DNA of 64,000 nt from a virus (taxonomy: Duplodnaviria > Caudoviricetes), in IMG/VR virus record IMGVR_UViG_3300020365_000010, positions 12,167 to 76,166 of that record. One strand, written 5' to 3'. Positions 1 through 8,700 of this stretch are shown here, piece by piece. The notes beneath the pieces were generated by a model that was not told the DNA's origin, did not search any database, and saw only the letters and a program-made list of their open reading frames with translations. The position numbers and the translations under genes are program-made. Each line of letters opens with the position of its first letter. Position 1 is the stretch's first letter.

Positions 1-2
1 CC

Positions 3-206
3 AACGATGAAGGCAAATATCGTGTAAATTGCCGTCGCCAGATGACACTTGCTGATGGCGCACTATCTTACATCTACCCACGAATTGCTGGGTTTGATAC
101 TGTTGCTGAGTGCAAAGAATTCATCGTTGATTATATCAACGACCCTGTGTCTCAAGCAATCTTTAACGACCAACATCGTAAGTGCCTGGAGGTCCTATGC
201 GCCTGA
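3..206 (+). CDS. hypothetical protein, 5'-truncated by window edge (NDEGKYRVNCRRQMTLADG...CLEVLCA)
   Basis: Manually translated open frame from base 3 to TGA 204-206; overlaps the ATG of the next ORF. Confidence 0.55.
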   Translation, partial: NDEGKYRVNCRRQMTLADGALSYIYPRIAGFDTVAECKEFIVDYINDPVSQAIFNDQHRKCLEVLCA

Positions 207-358
207 TTCTTGCTGCTATTGTTATCATCATCGGCACCACAATTGGTGTCAACGCTATCAACGCTGTCTCAAACATGCAAGACGCTAAGATGACACGTTT
301 CTGCAAATCTGCTCCCATTGGTGCTGGTTACGATGAAATGTGTCGCGACTATCGTTAA
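197..358 (+). CDS. small membrane/secreted hypothetical protein, 53 aa (MRLILAAIVIIIGTTIGVNAINAVSN...)
   Basis: Manual translation; hydrophobic N-terminus; fills gap before the promoter motif. Confidence 0.6.
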   Translation: MRLILAAIVIIIGTTIGVNAINAVSNMQDAKMTRFCKSAPIGAGYDEMCRDYR

Positions 359-419
359 TGTGACAATCCACTAACCTGCACACCCTGCATCGCGATCCGT
401 CGCGGTGTGGGGTTATAAT
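359..419 (+). promoter_or_regulatory. early promoter: TGTGACAATC...TGCAC motif plus TATAAT -10 (414-419)
   Basis: Perfect -10 hexamer upstream of helicase; upstream motif recurs at 1679. Confidence 0.55.
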
Positions 420-444
420 CTTATCAACGACAAACAAACGCACT

Positions 445-1683
445 TTGATCACACTTCGCCCGCATCAGACTCGCGCCCTCGCTGCAATGAGCGCCGCTGA
501 TCATGGTCAAATTATTGTGCCAACTGGTGGTGGCAAAACTATCATCATGATCGAGCATTGTCGCCAACTGCTTAACAACGGTCCCCGCACCATTGTTGTT
601 GTTGCTCCGCGCATTCTTCTCGCTAATCAACTCAGCGAAGAATTCTTGCAGTTTATTCCAACAACGTGGACACATGTAGCGCACTGCCACAGTGGTGAAA
701 CGCATCACTTCAGCACCACTAACAGCGACAAACTTGCTCTCTTCAATGATACTGCGCGGGCAGCAAATGAGTCCTGCATTATCTTCACTACCTACCACAG
801 TCTGCGCCGTGTTGTTGATAGTGGCATCGACGTTGATGCTATCTATTTTGATGAAGCACACAATGCTTGCACTAAACATTTCTTTGTAAGTGTTGCTGCT
901 ATGAGTATGGTTGCAGTGCAAAAGTATTTCTTCACAGCAACACCTCGCGTCAGCAATAAGCATGACCGTGGTATGAATAACCGTGAGATCTTCGGTCCCG
1001 TTCTTGAGAATGTCCCTGCTCCTGAGTTGATTCAAGGCGGTCACATTCTTCCCCCTACGATTGTCCCTTTCGAGACAGATCACGTCGTAGATAAGAAGAA
1101 TCCTCACATGGTCCACAGTAACACTGTGCAGGATATTATTGATCAACTCGATGAGACTGACGCTGCAAAAGTGTTGGTTGCTGTGCCATCTTCGCGTGTG
1201 CTTGGTAACATCCTGGGTCACACAGATATTCTCTCTGAGTTGTCTGATCGTGGTTATGATGTGTTGCACGTCACCAGCAAGTTTGGTGCTTATGTAAACA
1301 AAACCAAAGTGTCGCGTGAGGTATTCTTTGACACGCTGACTGCATGGGGTAAGGATAAGCAACGCAAATTTGTATTGTTTCACTATTCCATTTTGTCTGA
1401 AGGTATCAACGTGCCTGGTCTCACTCATTGCATCATGCTCCGCAATCTTAACGTAGTTGAGATGGCACAAACGATCGGCAGAGTTATCCGTCTCGATAAG
1501 GACGACGCTGCTAAATTGCAGAGCGGTGAGATTCAACCACAGCAGTGGAGTTTGTATAACAAACCCACAGGATTTGTGACTGTCCCCGTTCATCGTAACT
1601 ATGGCAAAGCAGTTATTAAGCGTTTGCAGCGTATCACGGATGAAATCTTTGTAAAGGGCATCCCTGCCACCGCTCTCGTGTGA
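445..1683 (+). CDS. superfamily II DEAD/DEAH-like helicase (ResIII-type)
   Basis: Walker A PTGGGKT, DEAH, motif III TAT, motif V ILSEGINVP, motif VI QTIGRVIR. Confidence 0.92.
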   Translation: MITLRPHQTRALAAMSAADHGQIIVPTGGGKTIIMIEHCRQLLNNGPRTIVVVAPRILLANQLSEEFLQFIPTTWTHVAHCHSGETHHFSTTNSDKLALFNDTARAANESCIIFTTYHSLRRVVDSGIDVDAIYFDEAHNACTKHFFVSVAAMSMVAVQKYFFTATPRVSNKHDRGMNNREIFGPVLENVPAPELIQGGHILPPTIVPFETDHVVDKKNPHMVHSNTVQDIIDQLDETDAAKVLVAVPSSRVLGNILGHTDILSELSDRGYDVLHVTSKFGAYVNKTKVSREVFFDTLTAWGKDKQRKFVLFHYSILSEGINVPGLTHCIMLRNLNVVEMAQTIGRVIRLDKDDAAKLQSGEIQPQQWSLYNKPTGFVTVPVHRNYGKAVIKRLQRITDEIFVKGIPATALV

Positions 1684-1736
1684 CGATCGGCGCGGTGTCC
1701 ACTATCACCGCACAGCACCCCAAAATCGTGTATCTT
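1679..1736 (+). promoter_or_regulatory. early promoter: TGTGACGATC...TGTCCAC motif plus -10-like TATCTT (1731-1736)
   Basis: Same motif and similar spacing to the -10 as the element at 359. Confidence 0.45.
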
Positions 1737-1794
1737 AAGGACATGGAGGGGCACACAACGACCGCCCCCCACAATCACTTCACTCTCAACTCTC

Positions 1795-2145
1795 ATGCGT
1801 AAGATCGAAAAGCAAATGTGCGCCGCTGTCCAAGGTAACAAGGACTGGCAGTCTGGCAACACTTCTGTGCATTTTGACGCTGAATCTGGCGTCTCTGTTG
1901 TGCGTCTCCACGGCAACAAGATCGCTGAGATTGATGACACCTCCATGACGATTTTCGATGGTGGTTGGCAGACTGTCACCACAAAATCTCGTCTGAATGC
2001 ACTTTGCGAAGAATTCTGCATCGCTGGCGAAGGTGTTTTCCAAAAGAATTATCAGTGGTTTGTGCGTAAGTTTGTTGGTCAATCTTCCATCACTGGTAAA
2101 GTCTTCAACGTCGATGATTTCACCAACGGTTACACCTTCGCCTGA
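1795..2145 (+). CDS. phage hypothetical protein, 116 aa
   Basis: ORF track; follows promoter-like element; no recognisable motif. Confidence 0.8.
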   Translation: MRKIEKQMCAAVQGNKDWQSGNTSVHFDAESGVSVVRLHGNKIAEIDDTSMTIFDGGWQTVTTKSRLNALCEEFCIAGEGVFQKNYQWFVRKFVGQSSITGKVFNVDDFTNGYTFA

Positions 2146-2147
2146 TC

Positions 2148-2336
2148 ATGTTTGCATCACTCTCTAAGAAAAGATCCAAATCCAATCTTCTCACAATTCA
2201 CATGCGATTTCTTCTCTTAGTTGTTATCGGCGTCCTGATTTACAATAGCAACGACGCCCGCTTCTTTATCTCAGATCAACTCAACAATGCTTCTGAGATG
2301 ATCCGCCCTGATGCACAATTTAACTTCCGTTATTGA
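2148..2336 (+). CDS. hypothetical protein with one hydrophobic segment (start may be a downstream ATG)
   Basis: ORF track; LLLVVIGVLIY hydrophobic stretch; tight packing. Confidence 0.6.
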   Translation: MFASLSKKRSKSNLLTIHMRFLLLVVIGVLIYNSNDARFFISDQLNNASEMIRPDAQFNFRY

Positions 2337-2536
2337 TCATGAATCGTTACTGCATTGAAGTCGATCGAATCGAACCTAATGGCAGCATTTATCACCTTGT
2401 CCAATATAGAGAATTGAAACCCACTAAATCACTCAAAGCACACAAACTTCAACTCAACAAACTAACAACAAAGATTGAAGAAGAATTGCACTATTATCAA
2501 GTCCCATTTGAGCGATTTTCTGTGTCTATGGTATAA
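2333..2536 (+). CDS. hypothetical protein, about 65 aa
   Basis: ORF track; overlaps upstream stop. Confidence 0.6.
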   Translation: MIMNRYCIEVDRIEPNGSIYHLVQYRELKPTKSLKAHKLQLNKLTTKIEEELHYYQVPFERFSVSMV

Positions 2537-2537
2537 T
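2508..2537 (+). promoter_or_regulatory. sigma70-type promoter TTGAGC-18-(TG)nTATAAT
   Basis: -35-like at 2508, extended -10 at 2529-2537, 27 nt upstream of the oxygenase ATG. Confidence 0.6.
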
Positions 2538-2564
2538 AAGTAATAAGCACACTCATTAACAACA

Positions 2565-3194
2565 ATGTCTGATCTTTCCCCTAGTCTCACTGATAAAATT
2601 CAACATGAGACTTACGGATTATTTCCACTCCCTGTCACCAAATATACCAACCCTGATCATGACAAACACAAGGAAGATATTCTTAAGTGGATGTCACAAC
2701 AAGAGTTAAAAGAGAAGCATGGTAGAGAAGCAATCTGCCACAACATCACACAGGTAGGTGATAACAATGAATGCCTAACTGCATTGCCTTGGATTGCTGA
2801 AACTCTCATCACTGCTGTTAATCAACACAACACAAATGCACACCTGTTTAACACTAACTTCGCTATCCAAGATAGTTACTTAGAGATCGCAGATGTGCAA
2901 GCAATCTATGCACCACATGAGCACTCTAATTGTTTATTTTCTCTCACCTACTTCGTCAACTTTAACCCAGACCAACATTGTCCCATTAAGTGGAGACGAA
3001 ACGTTGCCTCTAATTTCTATCCAGTCATGCAATTTGATTCCACAGGTTTCACACCTTACAACATGACCGAAGCAACATTCAACATTAAAGAGGGAGATAT
3101 TATTATTCACCCCTCAAACATTACACATGGATTTGATGCTAACCCTACTGGCAATAGAATCACACTCACAGCACAAATCGTCCCAGTAGCATGA
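2565..3194 (+). CDS. putative 2OG-Fe(II) oxygenase (TIGR02466-like)
   Basis: PHEHSN His-x-His motif, EGDIIIHPSNITHG distal His, C-terminal NRITL Arg. Confidence 0.8.
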   Translation: MSDLSPSLTDKIQHETYGLFPLPVTKYTNPDHDKHKEDILKWMSQQELKEKHGREAICHNITQVGDNNECLTALPWIAETLITAVNQHNTNAHLFNTNFAIQDSYLEIADVQAIYAPHEHSNCLFSLTYFVNFNPDQHCPIKWRRNVASNFYPVMQFDSTGFTPYNMTEATFNIKEGDIIIHPSNITHGFDANPTGNRITLTAQIVPVA

Positions 3195-3201
3195 CACTTA
3201 C

Positions 3202-3285
3202 TTATTCCACAGTTATTAACAAGTTTTCCACAACATTGCGCGTTTCTGTGGAATAAATTAAATGTCTAATTAAATATACTTTTGT
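3202..3285. promoter_or_regulatory. cluster of three DnaA-box-like 9-mers inside an 11-bp inverted repeat, followed by an AT-rich tract (origin candidate)
   Basis: TATTCCACA 3203, TTTTCCACA 3224, TGTGGAATA 3247; TTATTCCACAG/CTGTGGAATAA perfect inverted repeat; AT-rich 3252-3285. Confidence 0.5.
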
Positions 3286-3299
3286 GCTCTAAATGCCCT

Positions 3300-3307
3300 T
3301 ATAAATA
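3300..3307 (+). promoter_or_regulatory. T4-type late promoter consensus TATAAATA
   Basis: Exact T4 late consensus in intergenic DNA. Confidence 0.45.
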
Positions 3308-3362
3308 TGCACACAAATCGTTGCCTCGGACTGTAACACATAAGGGCAAGGATTGCAAACAC

Positions 3363-3391
3363 TTGACAACACCTCCGAGATCCTCTACAAT
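3363..3391 (+). promoter_or_regulatory. strong sigma70 promoter TTGACA-17-TACAAT
   Basis: Consensus -35, 17-bp spacer, near-consensus -10, 22 nt upstream of ATG 3414. Confidence 0.85.
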
Positions 3392-3413
3392 TCACTCAAG
3401 TCAACAAATCACA

Positions 3414-3587
3414 ATGGGACGGACTTACAAACGAAACGACCTCCACAACTCTCGTAGACCGAAAAGTATCAGAGAGAAACGTCAATTTAACGGTAGCAAA
3501 AAGACTACCAATTATGACAGTTATTCTGAGGACTATTCCACCCGCTACGATAACAACAACACCAAGGAGGATTACACCCGTGAATGA
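3414..3587 (+). CDS. small hypothetical protein with basic N-terminus, 57 aa (MGRTYKRNDLHNSRRPKSIREKRQF...)
   Basis: Start reassigned to ATG 3414 downstream of the promoter; the ORF-track start 3282 would cross the promoter. Confidence 0.7.
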   Translation: MGRTYKRNDLHNSRRPKSIREKRQFNGSKKTTNYDSYSEDYSTRYDNNNTKEDYTRE

Positions 3588-3693
3588 GATCGACACCGAT
3601 TGGATTGATGACATGCTCGCTGAGGATTGCCCCGAGTATGATGACCTAACTGAAGAAACACTTAGTGACACCTACCTGGGAGAATACCAATGA
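3580..3693 (+). CDS. very acidic 37-aa protein (GTG start; MNEIDTDWIDDMLAEDCPEYDDLTEETLSDTYLGEYQ)
   Basis: Manual translation; AAGGAGG upstream; overlaps both neighbours. Confidence 0.6.
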   Translation: MNEIDTDWIDDMLAEDCPEYDDLTEETLSDTYLGEYQ

Positions 3694-3854
3694 AGACTAT
3701 TCAACTCGCCACACATCCCCCAGTAAATATCAAGATCTGGGAGAAGAGTAGGAAATACTTTTGGGCATACGATTACGATGGTTGTCCTAAGTATGGTCCA
3801 TTCAAATCACAGCAGCAAGCACACACCGACGCAGTTGCATTCTCTGAAGCATGA
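3690..3854 (+). CDS. hypothetical protein, 54 aa (MKTIQLATHPPVNIKIWEKSRKYFWAYDYDGCPKYGPF...)
   Basis: Manual translation; ATGA overlaps at both ends. Confidence 0.65.
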   Translation: MKTIQLATHPPVNIKIWEKSRKYFWAYDYDGCPKYGPFKSQQQAHTDAVAFSEA

Positions 3855-4072
3855 GTGACACTTACGGAGCAAAGATTGCCTCTATTCCTGATAGTCTAGA
3901 GGCATACCTTGACTTATACGATGAGGGACAATTACCACCCGATGAGCAAGTCAAACTAGCACAGAGTTTGATTGACTTAGACCTTGACGATTATCTCACA
4001 CAGTATCAACCACTATGTGATTATTTCATCGCTGAGGGTCTATGTTATGATGTAGAGGTAGGCGACACTTAG
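3851..4072 (+). CDS. acidic hypothetical protein, 73 aa
   Basis: ORF track; ATGA coupling. Confidence 0.75.
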   Translation: MSDTYGAKIASIPDSLEAYLDLYDEGQLPPDEQVKLAQSLIDLDLDDYLTQYQPLCDYFIAEGLCYDVEVGDT

Positions 4073-4097
4073 GACAGTGTTTTGCGTCATGTTGTTG

Positions 4098-4116
4098 ATG
4101 CCGCCGAAGGCGGTAT
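4098..4116. other. GC-rich hairpin CCGCC-GAA-GGCGG not followed by a U-tract
   Basis: Stem 4101-4105/4109-4113 extendable to 4098-4116; followed by TATATAAAAAA. Confidence 0.6.
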
Positions 4117-4197
4117 ATAAAAAAGGTATACTTCCCTAACCTACAACAGTATCCTATCGCCTTCGAGATACTATTCATATTAAAAAATTTTTCCAGG

Positions 4198-4659
4198 ATG
4201 AAAATACGCCCCACAAGATTTCCAAGATACGAGGTAAGTGACACTGGAGAAGTGTATAGAGATGGAGAGTATCTCAAAGCACATCCCAGGGGTAAACTTA
4301 CGAAGGTTAATGATTCCCGCTATATGGCGGTGAATATTCAAACATTGGATGAGGAAAGCGGTAAGAAGCGATATAGCAAAGAATATGTGCATCGCCTAGT
4401 TGCCGAAGCATTCATACCAAATCCAAATAATCTTTCTGATGTGGATCACATTGATTGTAATAAAAGCAATAACCATGTGAGTAATCTCCGATGGGTTTCA
4501 CGGGAGGAAAACATGGCAAGGAATCGAAAACCGAAAGGGACGATACGCAAACGCAAAAGTTATTATATATCTGATGGAGAGGGAAATTGGACCTTGATTC
4601 CAAAGGAAGACCACGCCAAGTATGGTATCACTAATGAAACTAAGAAAACCAGTGACTGA
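4198..4659 (+). CDS. free-standing HNH homing endonuclease (NUMOD4-like N-terminus plus HNH)
   Basis: RYEVSDTGEV; VHRLVAEAFIPNPNNLSDVDHIDCNKSNNHVSNLRWV. Confidence 0.92.
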   Translation: MKIRPTRFPRYEVSDTGEVYRDGEYLKAHPRGKLTKVNDSRYMAVNIQTLDEESGKKRYSKEYVHRLVAEAFIPNPNNLSDVDHIDCNKSNNHVSNLRWVSREENMARNRKPKGTIRKRKSYYISDGEGNWTLIPKEDHAKYGITNETKKTSD

Positions 4660-4789
4660 TTATATTGCTCCTAAGGTAACTACAACTCCTTGGGAGCAAT
4701 TTCAATATATCGCTATAACACTCTCAGAGACCCTCAGGATCGCCTGTAGCAGCGTCCTACAACGTATTAGGAGACTTAGTAAGGTATGA
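4634..4789 (+). CDS. hypothetical protein, 51 aa (MKLRKPVTDYIAPKVTTTPWEQFQY...)
   Basis: Manual translation; ATGA overlap with the NlpC gene. Confidence 0.55.
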   Translation: MKLRKPVTDYIAPKVTTTPWEQFQYIAITLSETLRIACSSVLQRIRRLSKV

Positions 4790-5298
4790 CTACTAATTCA
4801 ATGACAAGAGGCGAGAAGTATCTTGCTTTAGTAGAAGAGTATAAAGATCTTCTAGATATTCCATGGACTGGAAGGAGACTCTACGGATGCTACGAGATCA
4901 TTCGTAAGTATATGAAATGGAAGCATGATTTGGATATGATCGACTTCAATGCTCGTGGAGTAATTCGATTTACTGATGAGGCAATTGAAGAGAGCAATGG
5001 TGTGTGGGTCTTCCGTAGTGAGTGGGGAGATGAGTTAGTGCAATGGGATGACTTGCAAGTAGATGACATCCTAGTCCTCAGATTGTATACCACACCCCTG
5101 GGCGGGACGTATTCTGCAGACACAAAGAGTCGTATCCCTAACCATGGTGGTGTGTATCTGGGCGATGGATTCATGTTGCACCATCCTTACAATGATGTCT
5201 CACAGATTGCAGATCTTTACAATCCTGCGTTTGCTGTTTATCAGCAGGCATGTGTTGGCGCTCTGAGGCGTAGTGAAATAACCTCTGAGACTACATAA
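4786..5298 (+). CDS. NlpC/P60-family peptidase-like protein
   Basis: YGCYEIIRKY catalytic Cys segment and PNHGGVYLGDGFMLHH His segment. Confidence 0.8.
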   Translation: MTTNSMTRGEKYLALVEEYKDLLDIPWTGRRLYGCYEIIRKYMKWKHDLDMIDFNARGVIRFTDEAIEESNGVWVFRSEWGDELVQWDDLQVDDILVLRLYTTPLGGTYSADTKSRIPNHGGVYLGDGFMLHHPYNDVSQIADLYNPAFAVYQQACVGALRRSEITSETT

Positions 5299-5323
5299 AG
5301 TAAAACTGAATACCATAACGGTT

Positions 5324-5488
5324 ATGAGCAAGAGGTATGTGCTAGAAGTAGAAGTAGATGAGCATGGGGAATGTTTTATCACACTCCCCGATGAGATGCT
5401 TGAAGAGACTGGATGGGATGTAGGGACTGAGTTAGATTGGTCTGAGGAGATTGATGGATCTATTATCCTCAAAGAGATACTTGAGTAA
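5324..5488 (+). CDS. AbrB/MazE-like small DNA-binding protein, 54 aa
   Basis: Manual translation: VDEHGECFITLPDEMLEETGWDVGTELDWSEEIDGSIILKE matches the swapped-hairpin pattern. Confidence 0.6.
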   Translation: MSKRYVLEVEVDEHGECFITLPDEMLEETGWDVGTELDWSEEIDGSIILKEILE

Positions 5489-5518
5489 AAAAATCGTAAA
5501 AACCGCGTGGACCTTAAA

Positions 5519-5785
5519 ATGACTAATAGTAATGAAAATTCCGTCCCACAATTTGAAAGTGACGCAGAGTATTTTGCGTGGGCATTTGAGCAGATTAGTA
5601 AGAGCATCAAGAATCTTGCGGATCGTCAAGCGATCCTAGAGCAAGCAATTCAAAAGATGCCGCCACCTGGCGCGGATATGGTGAAGTATAAGATTCCAGG
5701 TAATGAAGAATACAGTAATCTCAAGGAGTTACTGGATAATATCTTTGACCGACTAAATACGATTGAAACCGTTAACGGTATATAA
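5519..5785 (+). CDS. hypothetical coiled-coil protein
   Basis: ORF track (ATG 5519 preferred over GTG 5507); heptad-like helices. Confidence 0.75.
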   Translation: MTNSNENSVPQFESDAEYFAWAFEQISKSIKNLADRQAILEQAIQKMPPPGADMVKYKIPGNEEYSNLKELLDNIFDRLNTIETVNGI

Positions 5786-8700
5786 TGGCAGCGTATGTTG
5801 AGGAGACTTCTAGGAGTTACCCCAATCCAATATCATCTCAAGAGATGGCGACTACTTTTAAGCGACCATCGTCTGGAAAGTATCGCTCTCATGAATCTGC
5901 CCCAGGGGTAGGCACAGGCACCGATTATCAAATCACCTTCCAAGGTGCGGGTCCTGGGTCATTTCCTCTGGGGAGAGATATTGTACACTATATCGGTGAT
6001 ATCGATCCTCAATGCGTAGGCAACTGTGATGGAGATCGTCAAGCGATCTATCGTTTCTGGAGAAGTAATAAAAGAGATCATAAGTATGCAATCACACCCC
6101 AACTTCAGAAGAAGGACATGGGTGTTGAGAATGAAGACTGGGAGAAGGCAGCAGGTGGTTACAGACCCGAGCCTAAGAATGGCAAACCTGTATTCTATTT
6201 GCTGCGAGAGCAACTAGACAATACTGTCCCTGTCAAACTATTCTATTCATACTGGCCTGATAATACATTGCTACACGCTGGGTCTGGTAACCCAGGTGGT
6301 ATCACAATAGGCAATGGTAAGGGCAAGTATATGGACCTGGGTATCATTGGGTATGCCTATGCCTCTCAGGAGAGCGGCACAGTGCCTCTGTATCATTACC
6401 GCTATGGTAGCTACGGTGCAAGCAAAGGTAAAGACATTGATGACTTCTATACTATCGACCCCTCTCAAGAAGTTGACCTAGGAGGCGGTCCTATACCCCC
6501 TAGGAAACCGCGAGAGGGGCGTTGGCAGTATCAGGGTATCGAATGCTATGTTTATAGTGGAGAGGATCCTAATGCTCCCAAGAGGACATACAGAGACATT
6601 GGTAAGATAGGTCCTACTGGTCAGTGTATCAATAAGCGTAGTTGGTATGCATGGCCTGCTGACGATCAACCATTTAACTGGAGAGTTTATAACAGAGGTG
6701 GATATCCTGGTGGTTATCCTAACGGTCCTGCTGGTGCGACTCCTGGTGTGTTGGGATTTGGTAATCCAGACAACGTAGAGTTGCTTAGTGAAGATGCAAA
6801 CTTTGAATGGGCATACGGACTCAACGGTGCAATCAAAGGAGCAGTGCCACGCTTCCTAGGATTTGAGGATAGTTATGACTCACAGTTTTACTATTATCTC
6901 TACGACACATCATATCCTTGGAATGGTCCGATCTTTGGTATTCAGTATGCGCTGAATGATATTCCTTGCTGTCCTAATACTACATGTAATGATGAGAATA
7001 GTGAGAGACCTAGACCCTGTTGTATTCCTAACGACCACCACTACTCTCATTTCTATGAGATCCGTGAAGATTCTTGGGAAACAACCAAGACACGCATGAG
7101 TATCAATGACATCAGCACCAATGGTGTGAAAGAGTCATTCCAATGTATTGATACTGATAGTCGTCGTATCCTCTTCCGCTATACATCTACCAGTGGTAGT
7201 TTCAAGCGAGGAGAGACTCTCAATGGTTGGATCATCGGATCCGTAGTTTACTACGGAGATGAGTTGAAGTGTGGACTGATTGAGCTCAATGCTGGCGCAG
7301 TAGGTAGCAAATTCTCATATAACCAAACAATCACTTCTGCAGATGGCGGCACTGCTGTAGTCCTTGCTGGATATGGTATCCCCAACAAAGGAGCGTTTGC
7401 GGGCGTTTATGAATTCCCTAAGCGGATCTCCTACTATGAAGTGGAGATTAACCCTAAGGCACTCATCCCTACACGCACACTTGACCTAGCAGAAGCGGAA
7501 GCAGTAGTCGATAACAACGGATCGATTACAGAAGTGATCATGATTGCGGGCGGTAAGGGTTATAAGAATCCAACTGTTGAGGCAATCAACCCCAGAGTCA
7601 TGGATTCCTACTCCGCTGGTGACTTGTCTAAGTTTATGCAAGACGGTGTTGTCAAGGGTGATGAGGCAAATATCAGTAATTCATTCCTAACTCCCGACAC
7701 TTCAAACATTATTGATAATAATGTCCGCGATACCTTTGAATCTCTTGGTGTGCAGAATGGTGAGATACCCTATGCTACAGATAAGAATGCGGAAAAAATG
7801 AAACTCAAGAAAGCAATCTTGGAGATTTCCGAGATTACTGAAGATGGGGAGATCATGTCTATCCGTGTTGTTGATGGTGGTGCGGGATATAACCAAGCAG
7901 AGCCTCCAACAGTGATGATTGTTGAGCCTGAAACGTTTGAATATAAGTCTCCTGAGATTCTGGATGACACGCCAGAGAATACTAGAGACAGAATAACTGA
8001 CTTGGGTGCAACTTTTGCTAGTAAGTTTGTGGGTGCTATGGACGCTGAAAGTCATCAGCGCCTCAGTGGATTCATGCAAGGGTCATTTGTTACTGCAACA
8101 GCGGGTCCAAAGACATCAGTCGTGGATACTTACCTCAGAGTCCCTGATAGAGAAGAGGGTGATGAGACAAAGTATTGCTTTGATATTCCACAAAAGTGTA
8201 TCAGCATTCCTGTTTACGGTCAGTTGTCTTCAGTCCCCGCTAATTGGGAGTCGTTGTTTACATATACTCAAGCAAATCCTGGTGTTGCCGAATGGTATAA
8301 CACCAACAGTGGTATTGTTTCTGACGGATTCCGCAAAGGTGATGCACTACTTGATAACCTGAGTAGTGTCTATGGTGCGTTTGGCGGATCAAACTGTATT
8401 GTTTCAGGTCAACCTAAACTCTATAACATCAGAAGATGGTTTGATATGCCCTGTGCATACCTGGCATCTGGTGGAGGAGAGCAAAAGGCATTTGGTTACT
8501 TGGTTTACAAGTATACTGCATCGGAGCAACAGGAAGCATCATTCCGTGTTTCGATGGAAGTTGAAGGAAAGGTCATAGGATCTATGGGATCCGACTTCAT
8601 GGATTACTTGGATACCTTCCCCAAACCAAGGATTACACCAGCAAGAAAAGTTTCAGGTGGTTACAAGACATGGAGTTGTAGGACTGGCGGTGTTGATGGT

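Noticed and set aside
49-288. ORF-track 79-aa ORF
   Set aside because: Two other frames (3..206 and 197..358) tile the region better with coupled start/stop
424-1593. 389-aa antisense ORF over the helicase
   Set aside because: Mirror of a well-supported + strand gene; no motifs; long antisense frames are expected from the codon bias
3282-3413. N-terminal extension of the 3282..3587 ORF
   Set aside because: Runs through a consensus sigma70 promoter; ATG 3414 is the plausible start
4098-4125. Hairpin as a rho-independent terminator
   Set aside because: No U-tract 3' of the stem on either strand; kept only as an unexplained structure
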